Source of the DNA: Thermoanaerobaculaceae bacterium
GTDB taxonomy: Bacteria > Acidobacteriota > Thermoanaerobaculia > Thermoanaerobaculales > Thermoanaerobaculaceae
Direction: 5' to 3'
NCBI GenBank assembly: GCA_963754345.1
Contig: CAVWFZ010000002.1
Location: 13,392 to 77,391 of the forward strand
DNA length: 64,000 nucleotides
Part shown: in pieces, positions 46,838-56,033 of the stretch
Numbering within the stretch: position 1 is the first letter of the stretch
Layout: every line of letters begins with the position of its first letter
Translations under genes and position numbers: made by a program
The notes under the pieces: model-generated
What the model saw: only the letters and a program-made list of their open reading frames with translations
Databases searched by the model: none
What the model was told of the DNA's origin: nothing

Positions 46838-48613
46838 CTATGACAAGGCCTCGGCAGCTTTCTCCTCGTACATGCTCGTCAGGAGCCCGCCGAAGCGCTT
46901 CTCGACCACCCGCCGCTTCACCTTGAGGGTGGGTGTCAGCTCCCCGCCGGCGATCGTGAAGGGTTCGGCCACCAGGCGGAATTTCTTGACGGATTCGAAA
47001 CGCGCCAGGTTGTGGTTCACCCCGTCAACGACTTCCTGGTAGGCCGCCTCCACCTCCGGCCGCGCGATCAGCCCCGCCGGGGTCTCGGCGGACAGCCCAC
47101 GCTCCGCGGCCCAGTGATTCAGCGCTTCGAAGTTGGGGGCGATGAGCGCGACGATAAAAGGCTTTCGGTCGCCGAAGAGCACCGCGTTCTCCACCAGAGG
47201 TGAGGCCTTGAGATGATTCTCGATCGGCTGTGGCGCGACGTTCTTGCCGCCAGCCGTGACCAGGATGTCCTTTTTGCGGTCGGTGATGCGCAGGAAGCCG
47301 TCCGGGTCCAGCTCGCCGATGTCCCCGGTCGCCAGCCACCCCTGAGGATCGAGCACTGCGGCGGTGTCTTGCGGCTTGTTCCAATAGCCCTTCATCACGT
47401 GACGGCCGCGCGTGAGCACCTCGCCGTCCGAGGCGATGCGAACCTCCACGCCGGGAATGAGGGGTCCGACGGTGCCGAGCCTCCAGCGGTGGAACTGGTT
47501 CACGCTGATCACCGGGGAGGTCTCGGTCAGCCCGTACCCCTCGAGCACCTTCACGCCCATGGCATGGAAGAACTCCCCGATGAAGACAGCGAGCGGCGCC
47601 CCGCCCGAGATGGTGAAACGGAGGCGGCCTCCGAGGGCGGTGCGTATCTTCTTGTAGACCACCGGATCGAAGAGGCGGCACCGGAAACCCTTGCGCCCCG
47701 TCCGCACGCTCTCGATCCCGACGCGAACGGCGGTTCGGAACAGCGTCTGCTTGAGCCTGGGACCGTGCGAGACCTCCTGGAAGACGCGGTCGTAGACCTT
47801 CTCGTAGAAGCGCGGCACGGCGGTGAAGAGGTGGGGGCGCACCCGCTGCATCGCGTCGGCAGTCTCAAGGATGCCGCAGTACGCAACCGTGATCCCTTTG
47901 AGGAAGTAGATGTAATCCACCAGGCGCTCGAGGACGTGCGAAAGGGGCAGGAACGCCAGGGCAACCTCGCCGCCCACCGGCCACGGCTGGACGCCGCTCG
48001 ACGAGCAGGCGTCGAAGACGAAGTTGTCGTGGGTCAGTATGACCCCTTTTGGCTCGCCGGTCGTCCCCGAGGTGTAGATGAGCGTGGCAACGTCCTCCGC
48101 CCGCACACTCGAGCGGCAGCCCTCGAGGACACCGTCCGCCTCGCTCTGGCTCAACTCCTCGATGCATGACGCGAGCGTGCGCACGCCCTCCGGGGCCACC
48201 CCGTCCATGAGGAGCACGTCCTTGAGGTCGGGGCACGTTGCCCGCACTTCAAGCACCTTTGCCAGCTGCTCGGCGTTCTCGGCGATCACGACGCGGGAAC
48301 CGGAGTCAACGATGATGGCGCGGATCTGGGCCGCCAGCAAGGTCGGGTAGAGCGGGACGTCGACTGCGCCCAGGTGCAGCACGGCGAAGTCCACCATGTG
48401 CCACTCAGGACGGTTTCCGCACAGCAGGCCGACCCGGTCTCCCCTGCCCACCCCGAGCGCGGACAGGCCGCGGACGAGCCCCGCGACCCGCCGAGCGACC
48501 TCCGGCGCCGGCGTGCGCGTCTCGCCGCCGCCGCGAGCGTCAACCAGCGCGGGGGTGAGGTCCGCACCCCGCCACAGGGCAAAGAAGTCCACCAGGGTCC
48601 GTGGTTCGCTCAT
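46838..48613 (-). CDS. AMP-dependent synthetase/ligase (long-chain fatty acyl-CoA ligase-like)
   Basis: ATG at 48613 after GGGGGGAGA. AMP-binding motifs LIYTSGTTGEPKGV and YGLTE. Upstream ORF sequence is noise. Confidence 0.8.
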   Translation of the reverse strand: MSEPRTLVDFFALWRGADLTPALVDARGGGETRTPAPEVARRVAGLVRGLSALGVGRGDRVGLLCGNRPEWHMVDFAVLHLGAVDVPLYPTLLAAQIRAIIVDSGSRVVIAENAEQLAKVLEVRATCPDLKDVLLMDGVAPEGVRTLASCIEELSQSEADGVLEGCRSSVRAEDVATLIYTSGTTGEPKGVILTHDNFVFDACSSSGVQPWPVGGEVALAFLPLSHVLERLVDYIYFLKGITVAYCGILETADAMQRVRPHLFTAVPRFYEKVYDRVFQEVSHGPRLKQTLFRTAVRVGIESVRTGRKGFRCRLFDPVVYKKIRTALGGRLRFTISGGAPLAVFIGEFFHAMGVKVLEGYGLTETSPVISVNQFHRWRLGTVGPLIPGVEVRIASDGEVLTRGRHVMKGYWNKPQDTAAVLDPQGWLATGDIGELDPDGFLRITDRKKDILVTAGGKNVAPQPIENHLKASPLVENAVLFGDRKPFIVALIAPNFEALNHWAAERGLSAETPAGLIARPEVEAAYQEVVDGVNHNLARFESVKKFRLVAEPFTIAGGELTPTLKVKRRVVEKRFGGLLTSMYEEKAAEALS

Positions 48614-49230
48614 GATCTCCCCCCAACTCTGCGGGCCGCGAGGCCCTCGAGGAGCAGGCAAAGCAGCGGGCCTGCCTGCTCGGTCAACGGCCGAGGGCGC
48701 GCTGCAAGCACCCACGCCGTGATCAGTTCGTCCACGGCGCCGAACACCGCGCGCGCGGCGACATCTGGAGGCACGTCCGGGCGAAAATGCCCGCTCGTCA
48801 CGCCCTCGTCGATGATTCCCTGCAAAAGGTGCAGGTACGCGGCAACCTGCCCGCGGGCCACTCTCCGGAGAAACCTCCTCGAATGGCGCAGCTCGATCTG
48901 GAACACGCGTGCCAGGGCACGATCGCTTTCGAGGCTTGACAGATGTCGCTCGACGACGCACCGCAGCTTCTCGCCCGGGTCGTCCACCTCGGCAGCGTCC
49001 CGCCGCGCACGCACGAGAAAGGCATGGGTGTGCTCCTCGAGGAGCGAGACCAGCAGGTCCTCCTTGCCCTCGAAGTAAAGGTAGACCGTGCCGTCGGCAA
49101 CACCCGCTCGGTCTGCCACCTCTCGCATCCGGGCGCCGAAGTAGCCGCGCTCGGCAAAGACCTCGACGGCCGCGCGGAGAATCGCACCGCGTTTGCGCTC
49201 CCGCGACTTCTGGTTAAGCGCTCCCGGCAC
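48610..49230 (-). CDS. TetR/AcrR-family transcriptional regulator
   Basis: The HTH region is RKRGAILRAAVEVFAERGYFGARMREVADRAGVADGTVYLYF. A GTG at 49230 after GGGGGA is preferred over the ATG at 49311. Its stop overlaps the ligase start as ATGA. Confidence 0.7.
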   Translation of the reverse strand: MPGALNQKSRERKRGAILRAAVEVFAERGYFGARMREVADRAGVADGTVYLYFEGKEDLLVSLLEEHTHAFLVRARRDAAEVDDPGEKLRCVVERHLSSLESDRALARVFQIELRHSRRFLRRVARGQVAAYLHLLQGIIDEGVTSGHFRPDVPPDVAARAVFGAVDELITAWVLAARPRPLTEQAGPLLCLLLEGLAARRVGGRS

Positions 49231-49309
49231 AAGAATCCCCCATTGCTGGTGGAACCCATTGCAAGTCTCACTGAGGGCCACCGGGTTGTCAAGCAACGGC
49301 AGTGCTAGC

Positions 49310-50017
49310 ATGGAAAAGATGAAGGACGGCGGCGCGACTGCCCTGGAAAAGCTCGTCAACCAGATCGCCCACGACGTCCGCAACCACGCGTTCACGATGG
49401 GGCTCCAGGCCGAGATGGGGGCTCGGCGGACCGCCGAGGCCCCCGAGATCAAGACTCACTTCGACGCCATCCTCCGCCAGGTGGATGCCCTCAAGCACTA
49501 CATCGAGCAGCTGCTTCTCTACGGCAGGCCCGTCACGCTCACCCCGTTATCGGTGGACCTCGCCTCGCTCATTCGCGAGCAGGTCCAGCGCCTGCAGTTC
49601 AGCGCGGACCCCGGCGCCGCACCCCTCGACATCCGGGTCGAGGTGGAGGGACAGCTCCGGCGCGGCAACTGGGACCCGCATGCACTCGCCCACGCGCTCA
49701 TGGCGGTCCTCGACAACGCGATCCGCAGCGCCCGCCCGTCGCCGCCGGTAGTTGCAACCGTGCGTGGCGACAACCACTGCGCGGTGGTCGAGATCCGGGA
49801 CGCCGGCTCCGGCATCTCCCCTGAAGCAATGGCCAAGCTCGCCGTGCCGATGGCCGTGCGGCGTACCGGAGGCGCCGGCCTCGGTCTGGCCATCGCGCGC
49901 AAGATGGTCGAAGCGCACGGCGGACGCCTGGAGCTGGAGAGCGGCCCCGGGGGCACCACGGTGCGTCTCACGCTGCCGTGGGAAACCCTGGCCGACGAGC
50001 CACCCTCGGGCGCCTGA
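49310..50017 (+). CDS. Small cytoplasmic histidine kinase (HisKA + HATPase_c, no sensor domain)
   Basis: H-box IAHDVRNHAF. N, G1 and G2 boxes are present (DNAIRSA, IRDAGSGI, GGAGLGLAI). Confidence 0.7.
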   Translation: MEKMKDGGATALEKLVNQIAHDVRNHAFTMGLQAEMGARRTAEAPEIKTHFDAILRQVDALKHYIEQLLLYGRPVTLTPLSVDLASLIREQVQRLQFSADPGAAPLDIRVEVEGQLRRGNWDPHALAHALMAVLDNAIRSARPSPPVVATVRGDNHCAVVEIRDAGSGISPEAMAKLAVPMAVRRTGGAGLGLAIARKMVEAHGGRLELESGPGGTTVRLTLPWETLADEPPSGA

Positions 50018-50047
50018 GCCCGCCATGCCGCACGCGAGACCCCGCAC

Positions 50048-50998
50048 GTGAGCCCAGACGCACACCAACCCCGGCCCGGGGTGGTGCGCTACCTCGTGCT
50101 GCCGGAGGCGGCCGGCAAGCGCCTCGATCAAGCTCTCGCCTCGGCGAGCGGCCTCTCCCGTCACGCCGCCAGGACCCTCATTGAGGCTGGCGGGCTGTGG
50201 GTCAACGCCCGCCCGGTCCGGGTGCAGTCCCGCCTGGTCCACGTCGGGGACGTGCTCGATGTCCTCGCCGAGGGGCAGGCGCTTTCCCCTCCTCCAACGC
50301 TTCCCGGCCCGCTCCTGGTCCTCCACGAAGACCGTTGGCTCGTCGCCGTGGACAAGCCGCCCGGAGTGGCTTCGCAGTCGCCCCAGCGCAGGGCGCCCGG
50401 GGAACTGACCGCGCACGAACGCGCGCTGCTCCAGCTCTCGGCCCGGGACGGGTTGCGAGTCGACCTGCTGCTCTTCCATCGCCTCGACCGCCTCACCACG
50501 GGCGTGCTGGTTTTCGCGCGCCAGCACGAGGCGGCCCGGGAGCTGACCAAGGCCTGGTCCTCCGGAAGCGCACAGAAGCGCTACCTGGCCGTGGTGCGCG
50601 GGGACATCGGGGAGGGCACGAGGACGCTCGAAGGGGCGATTGCCCCCGACCCGCTCGTGCCGGGCCGGTTCCGGGTCTCACGCCGCGGCAAGCCGGCCCG
50701 CACCGAGGTCCGCCGCCTGGCGAGCTCGGGCGAGTTCTGCCTCCTCGAGGTCAGACCGCTCACGGGTCGGACGCACCAGGTGCGCGTCCACCTTGCCCAG
50801 GCCGGCTGCCCGGTGGCGGGGGACGCACTCTACGGCGGCGGCGGTGGGGTTCTCCGCCCCTTCCTGCATGCCTGGCGGCTCGCCCTGCCGCACCCGTGCA
50901 CCGGCAAGCCGTTGCGGCTCGAGGCTCCGATCCCCGCGGACATGCAGGCGTTCCTGGCGGAACTCGGGGGCGGGGCTCAGGTCCTGCCCGCCCGCTGA
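50048..50998 (+). CDS. RluA-family pseudouridine synthase
   Basis: HRLDRLTTGVLVFAR is the catalytic Asp motif; an S4-like N-terminal region is present. Confidence 0.8.
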   Translation: MSPDAHQPRPGVVRYLVLPEAAGKRLDQALASASGLSRHAARTLIEAGGLWVNARPVRVQSRLVHVGDVLDVLAEGQALSPPPTLPGPLLVLHEDRWLVAVDKPPGVASQSPQRRAPGELTAHERALLQLSARDGLRVDLLLFHRLDRLTTGVLVFARQHEAARELTKAWSSGSAQKRYLAVVRGDIGEGTRTLEGAIAPDPLVPGRFRVSRRGKPARTEVRRLASSGEFCLLEVRPLTGRTHQVRVHLAQAGCPVAGDALYGGGGGVLRPFLHAWRLALPHPCTGKPLRLEAPIPADMQAFLAELGGGAQVLPAR

Positions 50999-51077
50999 CC
51001 CCGCCGCGGCGCTAAAATATGGGAAGGTAGCGAGGTGTGCGCATCCTGAGACAGCCGCAGCGGAACGGAGGCACGCA

Positions 51078-52379
51078 GTGCTCAACCGGCGCGAGTTCAT
51101 GGCCATGGCAAGCCAGCCGGTGGGGGCCGTGGCAACCCTCGCCTTCCTGAACCCCCGGAAGGCGACGGCGATCGCCGAGGCCGCCGGCCAGCACCCGGGG
51201 ACCCCCGAGGAGGTCGCCGCGGACGAGTCGTTCTGGACGGAGGTCCAGCGCGCCTTCGTGGTGGACCGAAGCATCATCAACCTCAACAACGGCGGCGTCA
51301 GCCCCTCGCCCGGGGCGGTGCAGGAAGTGCAGCGCAGGTACCAGGAGTACTCCAACGCGGCGCCGGCGTATACGATGTGGCAGGTGCTCGAGCCGCAGAG
51401 GGAGACGGTGCGGGAGAAGGTCGCGCGCTTCTTCGGATGCGACCCGGCGGAGATCGCGCTCACCCGCAACACCTCCGAGGGGTTGGAGGCCTGCCAGTTC
51501 GGGTTCGACCTGAAGCCAGGCGACGAGGTACTCACCAGCAACCAGGACTATCCGCGCATGATCACCACCTTCAAGCAACGCGAGCGCCGGGAGGGAATCG
51601 TTCTGAAGCAGATCTCGCTGCCGACACCGGCCGAGGATCCTGCCCAGGTCGTACGGCTCTTTGCGGCCGCGATCACCGAGAAGACCCGCCTGATCCTCGC
51701 GAGTCACATGATCTTCCTCACCGGCCAGGTGCTTCCTGTGCGCGAGCTCGTCGCGATGGGCCGCCGCAGGAACCTCCCGGTCCTAGTGGATGGCGCGCAC
51801 TCGTTCGCCCACCTGGCCTTCACGCAACCCGACCTCGACTGCGATTACTTCGCCACCAGCCTGCACAAGTGGCTCTTCGCCCCCCACGGGACCGGCATGT
51901 TGTTCGTGCGGCGGGACAAAATCCGCGGCCTCTGGCCGCTCATGGCCGCCCCTCCGGAGATGGACGAAGACATCCGCAAGTTCGAGGAGATTGGCACCCA
52001 CCCCGCGGCGCCCTACCTCGCGACCGCCGAGGCGCTCTCCTTCACGGTCGGCATCGGCCCGCAGCGCAAGGAAGCCCGGCTGCGCTACCTGCGCGACCGC
52101 TGGGCCACCAGGGTGGTCCGGACCAAGGGCGTCCGGCTGCACACCAGCCTCAAGCCGGGCCTGTCGTGCGGCCTGGCCCTCGTCGAGGTCGAGGGGGTGG
52201 ACTCCGGCGCTCTGGCCGACTACCTCTGGAACAGGCACAGGATCATCGTGGCTGCCATCAAGCACAACGAGTTCCAGGGTATCCGCGTGGCCCCCAGCGT
52301 CTACACCGCCCCGGGTGACATCGACCGGTTCAGCGAGGTCCTCGAAGCGGTTGCGACGAAAGGGCTGCCGAAGGCGTAG
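51078..52379 (+). CDS. Class V (PLP-dependent) aminotransferase / cysteine desulfurase-like enzyme with a Tat signal peptide
   Basis: GTG at 51078 after GGAGG. LNRREFMAMASQPVGAVATLAFL is a twin-arginine signal. SLHKWLFAPHGTGMLFV gives the PLP-binding Lys. Confidence 0.7.
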   Translation: MLNRREFMAMASQPVGAVATLAFLNPRKATAIAEAAGQHPGTPEEVAADESFWTEVQRAFVVDRSIINLNNGGVSPSPGAVQEVQRRYQEYSNAAPAYTMWQVLEPQRETVREKVARFFGCDPAEIALTRNTSEGLEACQFGFDLKPGDEVLTSNQDYPRMITTFKQRERREGIVLKQISLPTPAEDPAQVVRLFAAAITEKTRLILASHMIFLTGQVLPVRELVAMGRRRNLPVLVDGAHSFAHLAFTQPDLDCDYFATSLHKWLFAPHGTGMLFVRRDKIRGLWPLMAAPPEMDEDIRKFEEIGTHPAAPYLATAEALSFTVGIGPQRKEARLRYLRDRWATRVVRTKGVRLHTSLKPGLSCGLALVEVEGVDSGALADYLWNRHRIIVAAIKHNEFQGIRVAPSVYTAPGDIDRFSEVLEAVATKGLPKA

Positions 52380-52446
52380 AGACAGGGGTCAGGGCACAGG
52401 GCACTGGGCACAGGAAAAGAAGAACAGCGAGGGCGGAAGCCGCGGG

Positions 52447-53826
52447 CTACTTTGCGGCAAAGCGGGTCCACGGCCGCGACGGCAGGTCCCTGAGCAGGTC
52501 CTTCTCCCAGGCGTACTTCGGGTAGCGCTTGAGGTGCTCCGCGGCGACAAAGCCCTGCCCGCAGGGGTGGCCCATGGCGGCCCACATCTCCATCGCCTTC
52601 ACCATCGCCGCATCCGCAGCCTTGGCCTGAACCGCACCTGCCGGGCCGAACTCGTCCTGCCACGGCTTCATCCCGCGCGGCGAGAGGTCCACGTGCCCGC
52701 AGAGGGTGCGCTCGCTCGGAGCGTCGGGCTTCTTCTCATAGGCATCCACGTGGTCCGCCAGGAAGGCCTTGCTCAGCTCGACGTCAATCTTCCCCTTCGA
52801 CTCCGCCATCACCTGCTCCCAGCGAGCGCGCCGCGCATTGGCGGAAATCCCCGGGTCGTTGACGGCGAAGTCCGTCTCCTCGGCGATCAGCTTCGCGTTG
52901 ATCGGATAGTTGGCCCCCACGAAGTAACCGTCGGACGAGCGCTCCAGGGTGACGTTCTTCAGGCCTAGCTCCAGCCGAGCGATCTCGTTGCGCCCGACGT
53001 CCGCCAAAAGCCACGTGTTGGCGTACCCGCCGTTGTTGCCTTCCTCCATGATGCGGGCGAAGTCGCCGATGTTCGCGGCGTACTGCATCGCCGTGCGGGC
53101 GCGCACGAACTCGGGCACCCCGTCGGTCTTGAAGCCGTGGAAGCTCCCGATCGTGGTCTCGGTGATCACGATGCCCGCCGAGTTCATGCCGAAGTCATCG
53201 GCGCTGTGGATGAGCCCCGGCATGCCGTCCATGAGGATCCGGTACCCCTTCTCGGGGCGGATGTCGAAGATGACGTTCCAGCGCGACCCTTCGAGGTACC
53301 CAGACCAGTTGTTGTGCGCGATCACGACCTTGCCGTCGCGCGTCCAGCTGCCGGTGGCCACGAACGCGCTGCAGCGCTCCGCCTTTCCCGGCGTCTTTGT
53401 GCGGTCGAGCCAGCGCGCGTAGTCGCCCAGCTCCAGGTTGGCGTTGAGCACCACGAGGTCGGTGACGTCCGCCTTGACGCCGCGCGCGGCCAGGCCCTTC
53501 ACGATGCCCTGCAGCTCCTGCCGGTACTCCTCGGCGACGCGTGGCCAGAACATGGTCTGAGCAGCCGTGCGGAAGAAACCCCAGTCGCGCGGCGCGTTGT
53601 CATGCGTCAGGGACAGCGTGATGACCTTCAGCGCATCGCCGATCTCCGGCGCCAAAAGGTAGCCGTGCTGGAAGCCGATCTGCGCGGGGCTGCCCTGCAG
53701 CCGGACGGGGATCCAGCCGTTGGTCTCCGGACCCCGCCACGACCCGGCCAGGCGCGGGTCGGTCTTCGGCCCGCACGAGAAAAGCGCAGCGGCAAGCGCG
53801 GCAAAGAGAATCGCGCGTGGTTTCAC
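52447..53826 (-). CDS. Secreted lipoprotein, Ntn-hydrolase-like (possibly C45-family acyltransferase/peptidase)
   Basis: GTG at 53826 after GGGGG. Lipobox LFSCG. An internal candidate nucleophile is ...AERCSAFVATG...HNNW. The family call is tentative. Confidence 0.45.
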   Translation of the reverse strand: MKPRAILFAALAAALFSCGPKTDPRLAGSWRGPETNGWIPVRLQGSPAQIGFQHGYLLAPEIGDALKVITLSLTHDNAPRDWGFFRTAAQTMFWPRVAEEYRQELQGIVKGLAARGVKADVTDLVVLNANLELGDYARWLDRTKTPGKAERCSAFVATGSWTRDGKVVIAHNNWSGYLEGSRWNVIFDIRPEKGYRILMDGMPGLIHSADDFGMNSAGIVITETTIGSFHGFKTDGVPEFVRARTAMQYAANIGDFARIMEEGNNGGYANTWLLADVGRNEIARLELGLKNVTLERSSDGYFVGANYPINAKLIAEETDFAVNDPGISANARRARWEQVMAESKGKIDVELSKAFLADHVDAYEKKPDAPSERTLCGHVDLSPRGMKPWQDEFGPAGAVQAKAADAAMVKAMEMWAAMGHPCGQGFVAAEHLKRYPKYAWEKDLLRDLPSRPWTRFAAK

Positions 53827-53864
53827 GGTCGCCCCCAATCCGCGGTTCCTGCAGGCCCGCGAGG

Positions 53865-54863
53865 TCAAAGCGGCGCCTCTTCCTTGAGCGTCCGGGTCAT
53901 GAGAGCCGGAACCGCCTCGCGCGGGGTGATCTTTCCGGCGAGGATGGCCTCGATGGTGAATGTGATCGGCATCTCCACTCCGTGCCGGCGGGCGAGCTCG
54001 GACGCCGCCCGCGCCGTCGGCACGCCCTCGGCCACCTCGCGGCCGGCGAGGATCCGCTCGAGCGTCTCGCCGCACCCGAGGCGCTCCCCGACGCTGCGGT
54101 TGCGCGAGAGGGCCCCGGTGCAGGTGAGCACCAGGTCACCCATGCCCGCCAGGCCGCGAAACGTCTCCTCCCGCCCGCCGAGACGTACGCCGAGCCTGGC
54201 GATCTCGTGCAGGCCGCGCGTGAGCAGCGCCGCCAGGGCGTTGAGGCCGAGCTCGAGACCGGTGGCCATGCCGGCCGCGATCGCGATCACGTTCTTGAGC
54301 GCCCCGGCCAGCTCGACCCCCACCACGTCGCTGGCGGTGTAGAAGCGGAAGGAGCGGTTGGAGAACGCCTTCTGCAGGTCGCGCAGCGCGTCCGCGTCGC
54401 ACCCTGCCAGCACTGCCGCCGTGGGGAGACCGGCGGCCACCTCCTTGGCGAACGAGGGCCCTGAGAGCGCCACGAACGCACCCTCCTCCAAGCCGAGCTC
54501 CGCATGCACGATCTCGTCCATGCGCGCAAGGCTCGCGACCTCGATCCCCTTGCTGGCCGAGACCACCAGCGCGCCGGACGGCAGGTGCGGGCGCAGTCCG
54601 CGCAGCACCTCGCGGGCGAACTGCACCGGCACCACGAACACGACGGCCTCGGCTCCGGAGGCCGCCTCGTCCAGGCGGCCCGTGACCCGAACCGCTTCGG
54701 GGATCTCGAACTCCGAGAGGAACAGCGGGTTGCGCCGATCCTTCCGGACGCCCTCGACGATCTCCGGCTCCCGCGCCCACAGCGTCACGTCGCAGCCGGT
54801 GCGCGCCAGGTGCACCGCGAGCGCCGTGCCCCACGACCCTGCGCCGATGACCGCGGCCCTCAC
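53865..54863 (-). CDS. gpsA: NAD(P)H-dependent glycerol-3-phosphate dehydrogenase
   Basis: MRAAVIGAGSWGTALA is the Rossmann start. GpsA C-terminal domain present. Confidence 0.9.
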   Translation of the reverse strand: MRAAVIGAGSWGTALAVHLARTGCDVTLWAREPEIVEGVRKDRRNPLFLSEFEIPEAVRVTGRLDEAASGAEAVVFVVPVQFAREVLRGLRPHLPSGALVVSASKGIEVASLARMDEIVHAELGLEEGAFVALSGPSFAKEVAAGLPTAAVLAGCDADALRDLQKAFSNRSFRFYTASDVVGVELAGALKNVIAIAAGMATGLELGLNALAALLTRGLHEIARLGVRLGGREETFRGLAGMGDLVLTCTGALSRNRSVGERLGCGETLERILAGREVAEGVPTARAASELARRHGVEMPITFTIEAILAGKITPREAVPALMTRTLKEEAPL

Positions 54864-55459
54864 GGCTTCTTCTCCCCGAACCGCGGCTCCTCACCGCGCA
54901 CGAGGCGCGCCAGGTTGCCGCGGTGCCGGAAGATGATCACGATGGCGGCCAGCACCGCGCACAGCTCAACCGGCACCGACGGCTTCGCGATGAAGAAGAA
55001 CGCCACCGGGAAGGCGGCCGCGGCCGTGACGCTCGCGAGCGAGACGAACCGGAACAGAGCCAGCATCACGATCCACACGGCGGCCACGACGAGCATCGCC
55101 TGCCACGCGAGCGTGAAGAACACCCCCGCCGCGGTGGCGACACCCTTGCCGCCCTTGAACCTCAGCCAGACCGGGAAGCAGTGCCCGACCACAGCTGCCA
55201 ACCCGGCAGCTGCCACCCAGTCCGGGTTGGCCGTCACCTGCCGCATCAGTAGCACCGCCGCCACACCCTTGGCGATGTCGAGGAGAGCGATGGGAAGTGC
55301 GACCTCCCACCCCGCGGCGCGCATGGCGTTGGTGGCCCCCACGTTGCCCGACCCCACTCGGCGGACATCGCCGCGGCCGGCCGCCTTGACCAGGAGGAAG
55401 GCGAATGGGATCGAGCCCAGCAGGTACGCCACGACGACCGTCAGTTCCCGTTCCATCAC
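54860..55459 (-). CDS. plsY: Glycerol-3-phosphate acyltransferase PlsY
   Basis: Five-TM PlsY with GSGNVGATN. Overlaps the gpsA start. Confidence 0.85.
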   Translation of the reverse strand: MMERELTVVVAYLLGSIPFAFLLVKAAGRGDVRRVGSGNVGATNAMRAAGWEVALPIALLDIAKGVAAVLLMRQVTANPDWVAAAGLAAVVGHCFPVWLRFKGGKGVATAAGVFFTLAWQAMLVVAAVWIVMLALFRFVSLASVTAAAAFPVAFFFIAKPSVPVELCAVLAAIVIIFRHRGNLARLVRGEEPRFGEKKP

Positions 55460-55475
55460 CGCCCCCCTCGCCCGC

Positions 55476-56033
55476 TCACGCTCCGACCGGCCAGCGCCGT
55501 AGCGGGGTGTACACCGCGCCCGAAGGCTTCAGCTCGCTCTGGAAGAGGACTGCCTCTCGGGCAACGAACTCGGGGAAGCGCCACTTCCCCACCGCGACCC
55601 GGAAGTGCTCCACGGCCTGCGCACCCCAGGGGCGCTCCAGGCGCGCCAGCGTGAGGTGGAGCGAGAAGGGCCGTGCCTCGCGCGGCACGCCGAGGCCGGC
55701 CGCGACATCCTCCACCGCTGCCGCCCAGGCTCCAAGCGCACCAGCCTCCCCGCCAACCCAGGCCACACGGGGCCGGCGCTCGTGAGGGAAGAAGCCTCCC
55801 CCGCCGAGCCTGACGGTTGCGGGGGCGAACGCGGCCAGCGGACCGGGCAGGGCGCGGTCGAGGCCGTCCACCAGCTCGGGCGGCTGTTCCCCGAGGAACT
55901 TGAGCGTAATGTGCATCCCCTCCGGCCGTACCCACCGTGCAGGGGGCTGATCGCGCTTGAGCAGACCGAGGCCCAGCGTCAGCACTTGACGGACGGCCTC
56001 AGGGAGTTCTACCGCGACGAAAACCCTCATCAC
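55476..56033 (-). CDS. thpR: RNA 2',3'-cyclic phosphodiesterase (2H family, ThpR/LigT)
   Basis: Two HxT/S motifs: HITLKFLG and HLTLARL. Confidence 0.75.
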   Translation of the reverse strand: MMRVFVAVELPEAVRQVLTLGLGLLKRDQPPARWVRPEGMHITLKFLGEQPPELVDGLDRALPGPLAAFAPATVRLGGGGFFPHERRPRVAWVGGEAGALGAWAAAVEDVAAGLGVPREARPFSLHLTLARLERPWGAQAVEHFRVAVGKWRFPEFVAREAVLFQSELKPSGAVYTPLRRWPVGA

